From positions 30,568,001-30,632,000 of the forward strand of contig CM052817.1 in NCBI GenBank assembly GCA_028534125.1: a DNA stretch of 64,000 nucleotides, read 5' to 3'. Each line of letters starts with the position of its first letter. Positions within the stretch are counted from its first letter, which is position 1. This stretch comes from Lama glama. Taxonomy: Eukaryota. Below are positions 25,481 to 38,100 of this stretch, piece by piece. The translations under genes were made by a program, and so were the position numbers. The notes below the pieces were generated by a model. It was given only the letters and a program-made list of their open reading frames with translations. It made no database searches and had not been told where the DNA came from.

Positions 25481-27239
25481 TTCTGACCACTTCAGGAAGC
25501 TGCTTACAAAAGCAAATATGGTAATTTGCTATGTTAAAAAAATCTACCTTAATGGAACTGAAATAAATTAGCAAAGAATTTACCTGAAATGTGTCCACAC
25601 AACCCGAACCAGGTTAAGTGACATAAACAGCTTGGTTTTCCAGGTTTGGACTTCGGTTACATTTATTTAGTTTCTATTACAAGCTAAATGCTGTGCTGCT
25701 CTTTGATTCACATTATCTCACACACACAAAATCTTCCTCTGATGAATCCCTCCTTTCCAGTATATGTAAAAACTGTTGTAGAGTTTTTATGAATTGTTCT
25801 TTCTCCTGTTCTCCCTAATATTCGTCCTACTTCTTTGGTGCTCAGTTTTCATAACGTGCTTTGGATATTACTTTGTATCCCATAAATCTTCTTATCATAC
25901 ATGCATGCCTAAATAAATAGATATTTATAAATAGGTCCCCAGTTAGATAATTTATTTTACATGTAATTTTATCTTAACAACAAATGCAATCTAGCTGAGC
26001 AAAGTTTCTTGTTTAATTGAAGTAAACACCTCTGTTAGTTGTTTGAAAAACTGAATCAGCATTACCACTCAAAATCTGCATCTTCTATATGATAGATTAT
26101 TTTTATGATGTTCTTCTGCAAGAGGAAAGCTGTGCTCCAACTATCTTCCACAGACTCTCCCTTAAGCTTGAATACAGAATTTTCAAAAGAGGTTTAAAAA
26201 ATTACTACTCAAATATGCGGTAAAACTGAAACATCCGCTCCGCCCTGCTCCCTCTGGCTGCCGCCCGGGTGCATAGGACACTGCAATTTCAACCTTAATT
26301 GTAACCCAGGGAGGTTACCAACATAAGCACTAGCTCTAGTTTCTGACTTGAAAATGATTCTTCAAACATGTAATTATCTACAGATAATTAAAGTTAATGA
26401 AGTTCAGTAATGCATGTGCCAAATTATGGATAAGTAAATGTGTGTACACACGTGTATGCAGCAGAAAAGGACTCATTAAGCACCTATTGGGCATGCTCTT
26501 TTATTTTAAAAATCAATCCTGTTCCCTAGTCTTTACGAATGGAAGCACAGTCAATTGGTCATAAAGCATATGTTGGATTATCCTGTTAACACAATTCATT
26601 ACAAATGTCTATCTATAGTAAAACAGCACATTAAGTCAGCAGAACAAATTGAGATTCCACCCTGACACCAGTCATCACAAGACAGCCCTCCAAATAGCAG
26701 AAGCCATTTTTGATCTTCTCCAGGAAATAATTTGACTTGTCCTGAGGAGTAAGTGTCATGTTCTCAGCTATAGTTCCCAATGTGGCATTAGCAAAACCAT
26801 TCAACACTTAACAAGGCTCTCATGCTGAAACAGCTGTTCATCCACAGTGAAAATTTAAAAATTTTCTCCAAGCCTAGATAATCTTACTTGAGCTAGAAAA
26901 TAAGGTATTAGACTATTTTGCATGTTCTACCACTTTGTGACAAGAAAGTCAATTTTGCACTTTAGTAAAGGCAGACTGCAAATTTAGCAGGACTTAAACC
27001 AGTAGCCGAGTTGCAATTTACGGCAAATAGCTCATCAGTACATTAATGTATACCACCAACATAACCACTGCAGCCAAGCATGCCAGGAACTAGAAGGCAC
27101 AGGTATCTGATAGACAGCAAGGGAAATGTGCCCTCTATAGACATCTATAAAACAAACCCTAAAACCAAAAGCTACCAAACATCTGTCTTCATTATCACTT
27201 TTATTGGCAGTGTATTGGTAGTTAAAAACCAACGTCAGA

Positions 27240-27460
27240 ACCCCAGGCTTTAAAATCAGGTCGATTCAAGTTTTGAACTCTGCTAAATAATAGCTGTGTG
27301 ACCTTGGGGATGTTATTTAGCCTCTCTGTGCTACATATTTCTCCTGGGTAAAATAAGGGTAATAACAATACTTAGAGTTATTGATGGAGTAATATTCATA
27401 AATGGCTTAACACATTACCTGGAGTACAGTAAGCAAACAATACTTGTTAAATATTGATAT
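27240..27460 (+). mobile_element. MIR SINE
   Basis: Contains 'agctgtgtgaccttgggg...cctctctgtgc...gtaaaataagggtaataacaatac'. Confidence 0.8.
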
Positions 27461-27582
27461 TGTTATTCATATTCTAAGACAAAAATGTAGCTGTCTCTGT
27501 GAGGTAAAATATTATAATAGAAATTACTATTATTTCTATACTCTGATATTTATCATATTTTTTCTTTTTAATTACCATATAC

Positions 27583-27798
27583 TTTATTTATTTATTCATT
27601 TTTATTGAAATATAGTGAAGTTACAATATGTTAATTTCTGGTGTACAGCATAGTAATTCAGTTTTATATACATATATATATATAGTCCTTTTCATATTCC
27701 TTTTCATTATAGGTTATTACAAGGTATTAAATATTGTTCCCTGTGCTGTACAGTAGGAACTTGTTGTTTATATACTTTATATATAGTAGTTAGTATCA
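27583..27798 (-). mobile_element. Short L1 3' stub
   Basis: Reverse L1 3' end 'ttttattgaaatatag...aatttctggtgtacagcatag...ttccctgtgctgtacagtagga'. Confidence 0.88.
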
Positions 27799-28224
27799 AC
27801 GTATTTTTTTGACAGAACTAAATGTTAAATGAATACTGTAACTATCTACCTCAGAAAATATTGGAAACATATGGGAATGCTGTATTTTGTACTCTCTTCA
27901 AAATTCATCTTATTTCCTATTCCTAAGTGAAGATAATCAGCTCCATTCCTTGGAGCAATACTAAGAACTAGCTAAAACCCAGCTTGCCCAGATCTTCCAA
28001 TTGTAGGAAGAAATAATTAAGAGTTGCCATTTAAAAAGTTTCCTTCTGGGCTGAAGGATGTTTGAAGAGAGCATAAAGTCAACAGTCCTATGGATATTGT
28101 TCTATTTAATAATATTAGCAATTTAAAAAAATACTCGCACTCTCTCAACATATATTAAAATTTCTATCATATTACAAAGAAGCAAATGCAAACATAAAAT
28201 CCCACAACTCCTTAACCTTTAACC

Positions 28225-30290
28225 CCTTCCAGCTACTGCCCTATCAGTTCAGGGGAAAACTGTCTACACTTAGTGTTTCCACTTCCTGACCCATCATGTA
28301 CTCTTCAACCCAATGTTATTTTATCTCCCTTCCAGTCTTTCCTTGAAACTCTTTGTGGATTAATCTGGTGGGCACTTTTTGACATCTGTGCCTCACGTAC
28401 TGTCTTGACAACATCTAACACTGCTGATCACTTCTTCCTTCTTTAAATTGGTCCTTTAAATTCCACAATCTAGTCATGTTCCCCTTACCTTTCTCAGTCT
28501 CCAGTGTGGGATGCTCTTCCTCTACCCGATCCTAAAATGTTACCTTTCCATAGGGTTCCACACTCAGACATCTCCGTTTTCTCAATCTTCAGGTAAATAA
28601 ACTTGTCCAGTGGCTTGGATCCCCATTTTTATATCAATGTCTGTTTCCCAAGTTCTTCTCCAACCTGAAGACCACTATATCCAGCAGGACATGTAGTAGG
28701 GGCATACCAAACTTTCAATTTGTTCATTCATGTATCCACTCATTAATTCATTCGATTAGTCAACAAATATTTACTGGGTACCTATTTATTTGTCAGGCAC
28801 AGTTCTTGGCTCTGGTGATACAGAAGTAGGGGCAAAGCCCCAGTTTTTTTTTTTTTTTTTACCATTATAGGAACCCTTTTGACTAAAGTCAAATCTATGT
28901 ACAAACTTATTCATATCCAATGAACTCAGCATATTTACTCAAACAAACATAACCCTCCTGCTGTATTCTAGATCTTAGAGACTAGCACACTATCCAGGTA
29001 GCTTTGCAAGCCACAAAACTTCAAAGACCCTTGCCTCCTTCTTCCCTGTTCTTTTCCATCCAACTTCCTCAATAATTGTTCTAATCTGTCTATTCTTCTT
29101 CCAAGCCATCGGAAAGGCACTCAGTGTTTCTCATTTAGTTACTGCACAGGCTATTAAAGTTCTCAGACCTAACATCCTTATGAACCTCCCTTCTCTCTAC
29201 TCTCCACTAAAATAACATTTACACACTGTAACACCCATCATGCCACTTCCTTATTTAAATGCTTTTGGTTGGCACTCTATTGTTTTCCTGAAACACACAC
29301 ACACACACATTTATATGACATAACATTCTACATGATCTGTGTCCTGCTTCTCAGTCCAGCTACATCTCCCTTTTATTCCCCAATCCTCCTCTTAACCACT
29401 CCAGGTGCCCCAGTGTAACGTATGCGATGGATGCCTGGTCTGCATGCATGTGGTTTATCCAGTCTTCACTCCAGACAGGCTGATGGCTTTCCCACCTTTC
29501 TCTCCCTAAGGACTGTTAGGTCTACAGGAGTTTGACTGCAGTGGGAGAGAGGGTCTGACCAGAAGGAGAAGAAAGTTTACATCCCTGAACAAACCTAATC
29601 AACAAGAGATAAGAGCTAAAAAAATAAGTACCTCGACTTCTCTGCCACCCAGGGGGACAGTTCTGAGGTGTGTTCCACACATATTCCGGGAGAGCCTCCG
29701 GCATGAAGGTCACAGGGTGGTAAATCTGCTCCTGAGTCATACTTTACTGAACTTTCTGCCTTTCCATCTCACTTTTCTCACCATGCTTCTTGGGATCACC
29801 TCAAATATAAATTGCTTGCACACCAGTCCTTGCAACAGAGTCTGCTTTGGGGGAAACCCAGTTACAAAACCTAGATTCTAGCCAGGATGTCTTCATTTAG
29901 TTCTACAAGGGTGAGCTGTTTTGTCTTGCTTCTGGGTCTTTGCACATCTTCTTCTCACTGCCTTTCCTCCGACTTCTTTGCCTTATTTCTATGTTTTCTG
30001 AGACAGTACTCAGCCACCTAAGGAGTGGAACCTGACACCTCCACCACCCTCATCAGGGACTCCCACCACAGAGACATTAATCTGGACTGTGACATCTTCA
30101 CACAGCAGCCTATGCTTCTTCCTGGCTTCATATGCAGCCTGCTGGGTGAGTGCCCCTCCCAAATGTGAATTTCTTTAGGGCTGCAACATTGCCTTACTGT
30201 ATTCCTTCCCTCACTGATAAGCTCAGTACCAAGCACTGAGAAGGATTCAACAGAAAAAAAGTCAAATGAATAAATAATAAATAAATGATG
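28225..30290 (+). mobile_element. Long decayed L2 with nested insertions
   Basis: Pyrimidine-rich L2 ORF2/3' sequence ending in the 'aatgaataaa' tail. Interrupted by an antisense L2 tail (~28715-28825) and by an LTR. Confidence 0.65.
29413..29870 (+). mobile_element. LTR16-like ERVL solo LTR nested in the L2
   Basis: LTR16-type end 'gcttcttgggatcacctc..aaattgcttgcac...ccttg...tctgctttgggggaaaccca'. Confidence 0.7.
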
Positions 30291-31914
30291 AGTAAACTGT
30301 ATTGAAATAAATCAAGAACAAAATCGCTCCCTCCTGTACACTCAACACAGCAAACATGAGTCCCACACAATGTGTCTCGAGAGATAAGTAGTTGGCAAAG
30401 CTATACAGCCAAGAGGAACCCATTTAAATCCACTTGAAAACCAGATGACAGTCATTTATTCTATCCAGATTATACTTCCTGGGCCACTACAGTAGTTAAT
30501 GGACTGTTTAATGAGACAATCCTGGAATATTAACTGATAAGCAGAATTAAATGCCTTTCCTCTCCCGTTTCACGCATTTGCCTGTTAAAAAGTATGACTG
30601 AAGGTTGTTATTGAGTGGAAGAGAGTCACCTCCTGGATCAAGCCGCACCTTCTTGCCCCGTGCTGCTACCCAGGAAAAGCAGGAGGACCAGGGGACCAAC
30701 CTGCCTCTCCAGGAGCCAAAGGGCAAGAACCAGGAGCCTCTCTGTCTTTAGACTGCTTGAAACACAGAGCCAGTGGCTGAAATAGCTTGTTTAACAAGGA
30801 CTGGATTTTTCCTCTCAATCATAGTTCTCAAGCTATCAGTTATTGAAAAGCTGATTTTCAAAGCACACACTAGAACAGCTTTTCTGTACAGCTGCAGTGC
30901 TATTTAAATCTTCCATGAATATGTCCACAAATCCAAGAAAATTCTAAGCTAAAATACTGCTCTTAGAGAGGACATGGTACAATAAGACCCTAGGGAGGAA
31001 AAATCCAGGAAGAAAAATCTGCTCGCTAATTTTAATACTGAAATGATAAAATCAGCCATATGGCTTCAGCTCCTCAGAGCTAGAACACCTGAAAGCACTA
31101 TTTAGAACAGTCAGCCTAGAAGGCTTTTGGGGGGGAGGCTCTTTGGTGGATATTAGCTGTCTGCCTCAGAGGCATTCTTTAAGAGGTCTCAGAAATGTGG
31201 ATAAACGCCTCCCTTTCTGCTGAGACTAGGCTGGGAGTGGATGTAGGGTAAGTAGTAAAGGCAACGCCTTGCAGACACCAAATAGATTCATGGGAGGCAA
31301 GATCAGCCTTGGAAAGAACTGCCTCTGGACCAGGTTTCTATTCCACAGTGAACCCCAAGTCCTCATCCCCAGCACTACTGGAAAGGAATTCCCGGGGAGC
31401 CCATCGGTGATTCTGGCAACACTGACCTCCTGCTTTAATCTCACGTCACCAGCGGTATGGTTCTCCTGCTGTGATTGAGCAGCCCCAGGGCAAATACTAT
31501 CGGCTGCCTTTGTAGCATTGTGTCATGTTGATACTTCTTTGAATTTCATCAGAGTGGAAACTTTTAGACTCTAGCCAGCTATACTGTAATCTGAATTTCC
31601 TTCGTTTAAGACATTCAATTTCATCAAATTATCTACCAAATGAAATTATATTGAGCATGAGTCACTATCATAAATATTTCGGAGCCATTCACTTGGAGGC
31701 TGGTGATGAAAACAAGCTGACTGTACCTAGGAAAGTTGAACAAAATCACTGACCAAAGAAAAGCCATGATAAGGACTGTTCTGTCCCCAGTTGAGTACTG
31801 TGCAGCCATATGGTTCATCTTTGCTATCCCTTAGCTCCTATATAATAGGCTCTCCAGGTAGGGGCTAAATGAATGCTTGTTAAATTATTGGTTCAATTCT
31901 AATAAAGATATACC

Positions 31915-32450
31915 AGAAATGTCCATCAACAGAAGATGGATAAAGAAGCTGTGGTATATACTATTCAGCCATAAATGGAATACTATTCAGCCACAATAAA
32001 GAATGAAATAGTGCCATTTGCAGCAACATGAATGGATCTGGAGATCATCATTCTAAGTGAAATAAGCCAGAAAGAAAAAGAAAAATGCCATATGATATCA
32101 TTCATATGTAGAATTTAAAAAGAAAAAAGAATGCACTAATGAATTTATCTATGAAACAGAAACAGACTCACAGACATGGTAAACAAATTTATGCTTACTG
32201 AGGGAAGGGGGGTAGGGGAAGGATAAATTAGGAGTTTGGGATTAGCAGATACAAACTTCTACATATATAACATAGATAAATAACAAGTTCATACTGTATA
32301 GCATAGGGAACTATATTCAATATCTTCTAGTAACTTATAATGAGAAAGAATATGAAAAGGAATATATGTATGTATATGAATGACTGAAACATTATGCTGT
32401 ACCAGAAATTGACACAACATTGTAACTGACTTCAATTTAAAAGAAAAGAA
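31915..32450 (+). mobile_element. 5'-truncated L1 3' end (camelid-type)
   Basis: Contains 'aaatgtccatcaacaga...gccatttgcagcaacatg...ccagaaattgacacaacattgtaactgac' and an A-rich tail. Confidence 0.93.
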
Positions 32451-33393
32451 ATATCACAACACCCCACCGATATGACAGGGTGATAGTAATACGTAAGGCC
32501 AGGGGTCTACACTGCCCCAATACCTAGCACAGGCCTGACATGAATTAGACACGCAATGAATATCTGTTGAATGAGTAGATAAATGCATGTCCATGAGCTG
32601 AGATCCTAGTGTTTTGAAAGACCTACTAAACACCAGGGCATCGAAAGTTCCACACAAATGTCTGGAGTCATCAACTGACCACAAAACATGAATAAAAAGC
32701 TCAGCAGGGCTGAAGACAATTTGGATCTAATCCATATTCTAAAGCACTGTGGAATTAATAAATGAAAATTTAATGCCATTTGGAGTTCTAGTTACACTGT
32801 GGAAGTCTGCTCGTCCCTCGGTTTTAAAATACTTGCCCAGCATACTAAAATCAGAACTCTTCTTCTCGTGTTGTTCTCCGCTTTGTTTCCCTAGGAAACA
32901 GTGACTTCCAGGCATCCAAGATGACACAACATAGATTGCCAAATTGCATGCCACCCTGCAGTTGTCAAGGAGATAATGTATGTCATTCCTACAAATAACA
33001 TGTTGCTCATGCCTTCATTTCCTTTATCTAGCTTTTCAAGAGACTCTTCGCCTGAACTGAATTCAGATTATGTTCACTGTGAACTGATGGAAACAGTCCT
33101 TTTTTAAAAATGTGTTTACCCCACCTCCCCCAAGGCACTTGATCGCACCACACACGCTGTCTGTGGAAGGTCTGAGCATATTTTATGTCGATTGGGGAAC
33201 CAGTGATTCAGCAGTATTCACCAAAAAAAAAAAAAAATGCATCCTCAATTCTGTCTGCTAGCGTTCTAAGTAAGAGTCCAATTAAATCCACACCTGGCAC
33301 TAACAAATTCCAGTTTAAAATGGCCCACTACAAAAGCAGCTGCACTCTGTTGAATTTACATGGGAAGGAGTAAGCAAGCAAAATAGGAAGAGA

Positions 33394-33451
33394 TGGAAGG
33401 AAGGCAGGAAGGCAGGAAGGCAGGAAGGCAGGAAGGAAGGAAGGAAGGAAA
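33394..33451 (+). repeat. Compound (GGAA)n/(GGCAGGAA)n microsatellite
   Basis: Directly visible. Confidence 0.95.
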
Positions 33452-33615
33452 ATGGGGAAATTCATGTTTGTTAAGCACCTACAGTATTCCAGATTAAACA
33501 CCTGTAAGATGACCAAAGAGAATTAGAGAAATGTGAGATCTTGGCTGACATCATCCTACGAGCAGGAGGTAGAGTCAGTATTCGAACTTGAGTATGTCTG
33601 ATGTAAATGCGTGTG

Positions 33616-34086
33616 TTTTCCAGCTGTTGAGTGCTACATAGTAAATCACCCCAAACGATCGTGGCTTTAAGCAACAGCAATCATTTTAACACTCTTTCGC
33701 GGGTTTGGAGGTTGACCAGACTCAGCGAGGCAGCTCTCATTCATTCAGCATCTCTCATGAGGTTTCAGCCAAAGCAGCTGGTATGTGACACCCCTCTCAC
33801 ATATCTGGCCACTGACACTGGGACTGCCAGCCGGAATACCCTACCTGTGGTCTCTCCACATGGCCTGGGCTTCCTTACAGCATGATGGCTGGCTCCAAGA
33901 AAGCAGTCCTGAGACAGCCAGCCTCACAGCCATAAAGCACCACTTCTACTGTGGTGACAAGTCCACCCAGGGTCAAGAGTGAGGGATCACAGACTCCCCA
34001 ACACACTGTAAGAAATGCATGTGGAATGGCCAGTGGCAGGGGTTTCTTTTCGAGCCATCTTAAAAAATGTTTTCGGGCAGAACACA
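33616..34086 (-). mobile_element. MLT1-type solo LTR (old subfamily)
   Basis: Contains 'aaatcaccccaaa...gtggctttaagcaacagcaatcatt' and 'ctctccacatggcctgggcttccttacagcatg'. Confidence 0.78.
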
Positions 34087-34999
34087 ATTTTTGCAATACC
34101 CATTAACGTCTCAAAAAGCCTCGGAATCAGTCTTCACAGGCTCTTTTTGTCTGTTTGGTGGAGTAATTAGGGAGGGAACAGTTAAAATGATCAGTCTAAA
34201 AAGAGGGATGGAGTAACTTTTAATGTCAGCTTGATGAATTGTGAAAAAAATCCTGAACATTGAAATTAAACTTTGGAATGAGTTTCTGATTAATTTTTTT
34301 ATCCTTAACAGAGTTTCTTTTTACTCATGCACTATCAACTTGCAAAGCAGTTGGGTATCATAAACACTAACTTTGCCTTAAAACTATATTGTGGCATTTT
34401 CACATTTGCTAGCACCACATAGTATTACCAAAAAAGTGTTTTTGCTTAATTTAGCTTTTTGGTTCTGTTGGTACCTGGATATACGGAGTTTCCTACACGC
34501 ATCACAAGTCTACCTGCTCAGCCTACATAGTGCATATGTGGAAATGGATGTACCAAATGAACTATTATTACAAGGGGTAACATAGACCACTTGGATATAT
34601 GTTCTTGTCATCTTAACTTCTCATCTACTGTCAATATACCAGGAGGCTTCTGGCTAATGTCTTTGCCTTCTCAGTACTCCTTAAAATCATTCTAATAGTG
34701 AACCTAGCAGGGCTTAGGCCATGAACAGATCCAGCTAATCTGAAACAGCCATAAGACTGCCACTCAACATCCAATTTGTACTTTAGCCATTAAAGGGATC
34801 ACACATGTTTATCCTTTGGAAATCTATCAAATTATTATCATAAATAAAGAGAACCTCAGCCAGAAAATGGGATATTAATGATGTGAAGAAAGAACACCAC
34901 GGAGTAAACACAATAATCAGACTGCAGAAAGCATGCAAACTGAGGAAGCACATTAGGGTGAGCTAGTGAAAAAACAACAACAATTTCCATCTCATTGCT

Positions 35000-35135
35000 T
35001 GTCTTGCTGAGAGTGTATGATGGTGCTCACTCTACTGTGCTGGCAGATTGGCCTGGAATAAACATATGCAATGTTCATATTTAATGGAGCTACTGCTGAG
35101 CTGAACCACTCTAGAATGAACCAGGCTACACGACA
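35000..35135 (+). mobile_element. CR1/L3 LINE fragment
   Basis: 'cactctactgtgctggcaga...cctggaata...catatttaatgga...ctgaaccactctaga..aaccagg' resembles the CR1 ORF2 LYSALVRPHLEY region. Confidence 0.5.
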
Positions 35136-38100
35136 GTGCAAAACCAGGTCTATTGGGAAGAATACCATAATCCCACACAACAGCCGTGCTCTACCCAGAA
35201 TATGACAGTTGGATTTGTACCTCTCTCTTCCCAGTACAAGTCCGGCATCTATTCTCATTCAGGCCAACACACATGATGAAATTGTAGGATTCCCTCGATT
35301 AGTGCTTCTCAGAAAAAAACCCTAAAAACTGAAGTGCTTAGGTAATTCACAAAGCAGATCCCAGCAAGTGACACAGAAGAAAGGACATCTTAAATTTTAG
35401 TATTTCTCTTCTAACTTTCTATACTTCCGATGTCACCCTGTCTATTGTAGCTCCAAATTTTACATCTTTCTATGTCTTTTTTTTCCAAAGTGAGGACAGT
35501 CTGATAAAAATCCCTGAGAATAAAGCAACAGTAGCTAACTGTCTTACACTACGGAACAACTGGCCCCTACCTTGCACAAACAGTGAAGATTTGAGATTTT
35601 TTCACTTCCCTGCTTTCTTCAATTTTATGTGTCTTGGAATGTAGACACTTTATAACGTTATGATTTCTAATACTGTCAGTGGCTAGTCCCACTTAATGGC
35701 TACAGAATGACTGGATAATAACCAGGAAGTTAATTGTAGCCAATAATTATCTCAAATTGTCTCATGAGATTCTGAAATCCCCTATGGATTGTAATTGTAA
35801 ACTTTAACTTCATTTTAGCTTGCCTATTGCAGTTATATATATCTAGATTGCTATTTGGAAACATTTAACTTAAATACTCTAACAAATTTTCAATACTAGA
35901 GGAAGACTGTCATTTTACATAGCTCTATCATTAGGATAACTATCCACTCTATTGGTCAGGCTAGAATACTTCTGTCCAGAACACATGTTTACTGGTAGGT
36001 CACGAGGACAATAAGCATAAATTTGGGTAGTTACAGGCAAAGTCAACCTCTCCATTACACATTGATTGAAAAAAAAATAATAGAAGTTTCTAATTTGCTA
36101 GAAACTTGAAGATAACATAGGAAAAAAAGTGCATTTTTCATTGAAAGAAATGATTTTTAAATCTTCCCAAATTCTATTGCATTGATGCTTTAATACACTT
36201 CTTTAAAGTACATATAGTAAGGAATCTGATAAAATTAATTTGGCTATGATGCAAATCCGTTGCAAATGTGCAAAAATGAGTGATTTATAGAATTCTGAAA
36301 GATGAATGGAAAAAAATTCAATAAAGAAACACTATGGAAAATAAGAGAAAAAAATCACATACTGAAACCTACCAGAAAAGAAATTTTTTTTAAATTAAAA
36401 AAATAAGAACAAACAGGATTCACCATATAACATCTCCTTCTATTTTTATGGATTGCTAATATAACTTTCTGTCAGCAGATCAAGTCCCCATTGACCATAA
36501 TCTATTTCGGTCCTGAAACGTATTCTTGTTCTGCAGATAATAGGTAACCTCCTTGGTGCCATTTTTAGATCAGCCCGTTGGCAAACATTAAGCAGAAAGC
36601 ATGTTAACATTTTTCAGTATCAGCCAAGGCTTTAGCAAAGTGGGTTTCTTGCTTGCAGAAGCAGCAATAGTGAGCTAGGCACTGGAGAAAGAGCCTGTTG
36701 AAGCTCCTTATCTGCACAAGCCCCAACGGCTTCAAGTCAAAATAAAATAAGCAAACCAACAAAACAATCCTACGCCGTAGAGGAAGTGCCCCCATCAGCC
36801 TCAGGCATGCTGAGTACAGCTCCACGGTTGCGACATTCTCAGCTCCAAACTCAATCTTTGTCTTGAAAACAAATAAATAAACTAATAATATTAAGATGCC
36901 AATCACTATAATCCCTGGCAAAATGTCTTCCTAATTACCTGTTCTGCTGTCAAAAAGAGGCAGTTGATAAAGTAAATCACAAGTCAGATCTTGGCCTCAC
37001 CTTCACTTCAAAAGACTATTTTTGACTTTCTAAAAATCATTTTTAACCAGCAAAAATAGTATTTGTTTATGGTTCAACCAAATGAAACCTGGCTTTTCTC
37101 CAAACAAATCATAGGCTCACTTCTTCACAGAAGGGGCAGCTGGCGAAGGTCAAGTGCCCAGCTGTCCACTCATCGCTGCTGTCCACATTAGCTCAGAATC
37201 TGCTCCGAGACTCTGACTACCACTTTTCAAGTTCCCTGAGGCCTCTTTTTTTCACCTTCCAAGCAGGATGCCCTCCCCAGAGCTTCTCCATTCAAACTGG
37301 TTCTCAGAAGGGTATTGGTTAGATCTTCACGCACAACCAGAGAGCATTTCCTTGTTTTCTCGGTACAGCCTAAACAGCAGAGTTGAGCAAGGCCCCCATC
37401 GCCCACCTAGTAGCCCATCTACAATAGGACACAGAGATGACTCAGACAACAAAACTAAGAGTCAAGGTCACAGGCAACGAAAGGGCAGAACAGCAGTTCC
37501 TTCCAAGGGGAAGTTCCAAAGAAACCAGGTAGTTTCAGGTCAGGGAAAGTGTTATGCAGATTTCCTTCAGCAATCCCAAAGCTCTGCGTAGGTCTCAAAA
37601 ATTAAAACAAAACAAAGCAAAACAACAGTGTTGGAATGGGTTTATGGGAGTTTTCTCCATGACTGTTGTCATCTAGGACTTCTCTTTCCTGCCATTATTA
37701 GTCGTAGTAATACTTTGCAGAGGCCGTATTGAATTCAATCTTTCATTCATTGACTCAGTCAACAAATATCAGAAGGGCATTTACTGGGTGCTAGGTTCTG
37801 TGTTAAGCATTTGTCTTATAGTTTGTATTCTTTGAATGCTTTCTTTTTTTAAAAAAAAATCCATTTAATAGACTAATCCCAGATGTTCACAAGTGTTCAT
37901 AGTTTGTTAAACTAGAGACAACAGTACACTCATTTTGTATATGAAGAGTTGACTTTCTGCTCCTTGGATACAGACTTCTCACCACTTTTTGCCAAGCCCT
38001 CTTTGGAAATATCAATCCTCAAGTGCCAATGACCTGGTCAGAGGAAAAGTGCAGATATGCTAAATGGTGGGGGTCCTTCTTACTCCATATCTCCTCCCTT

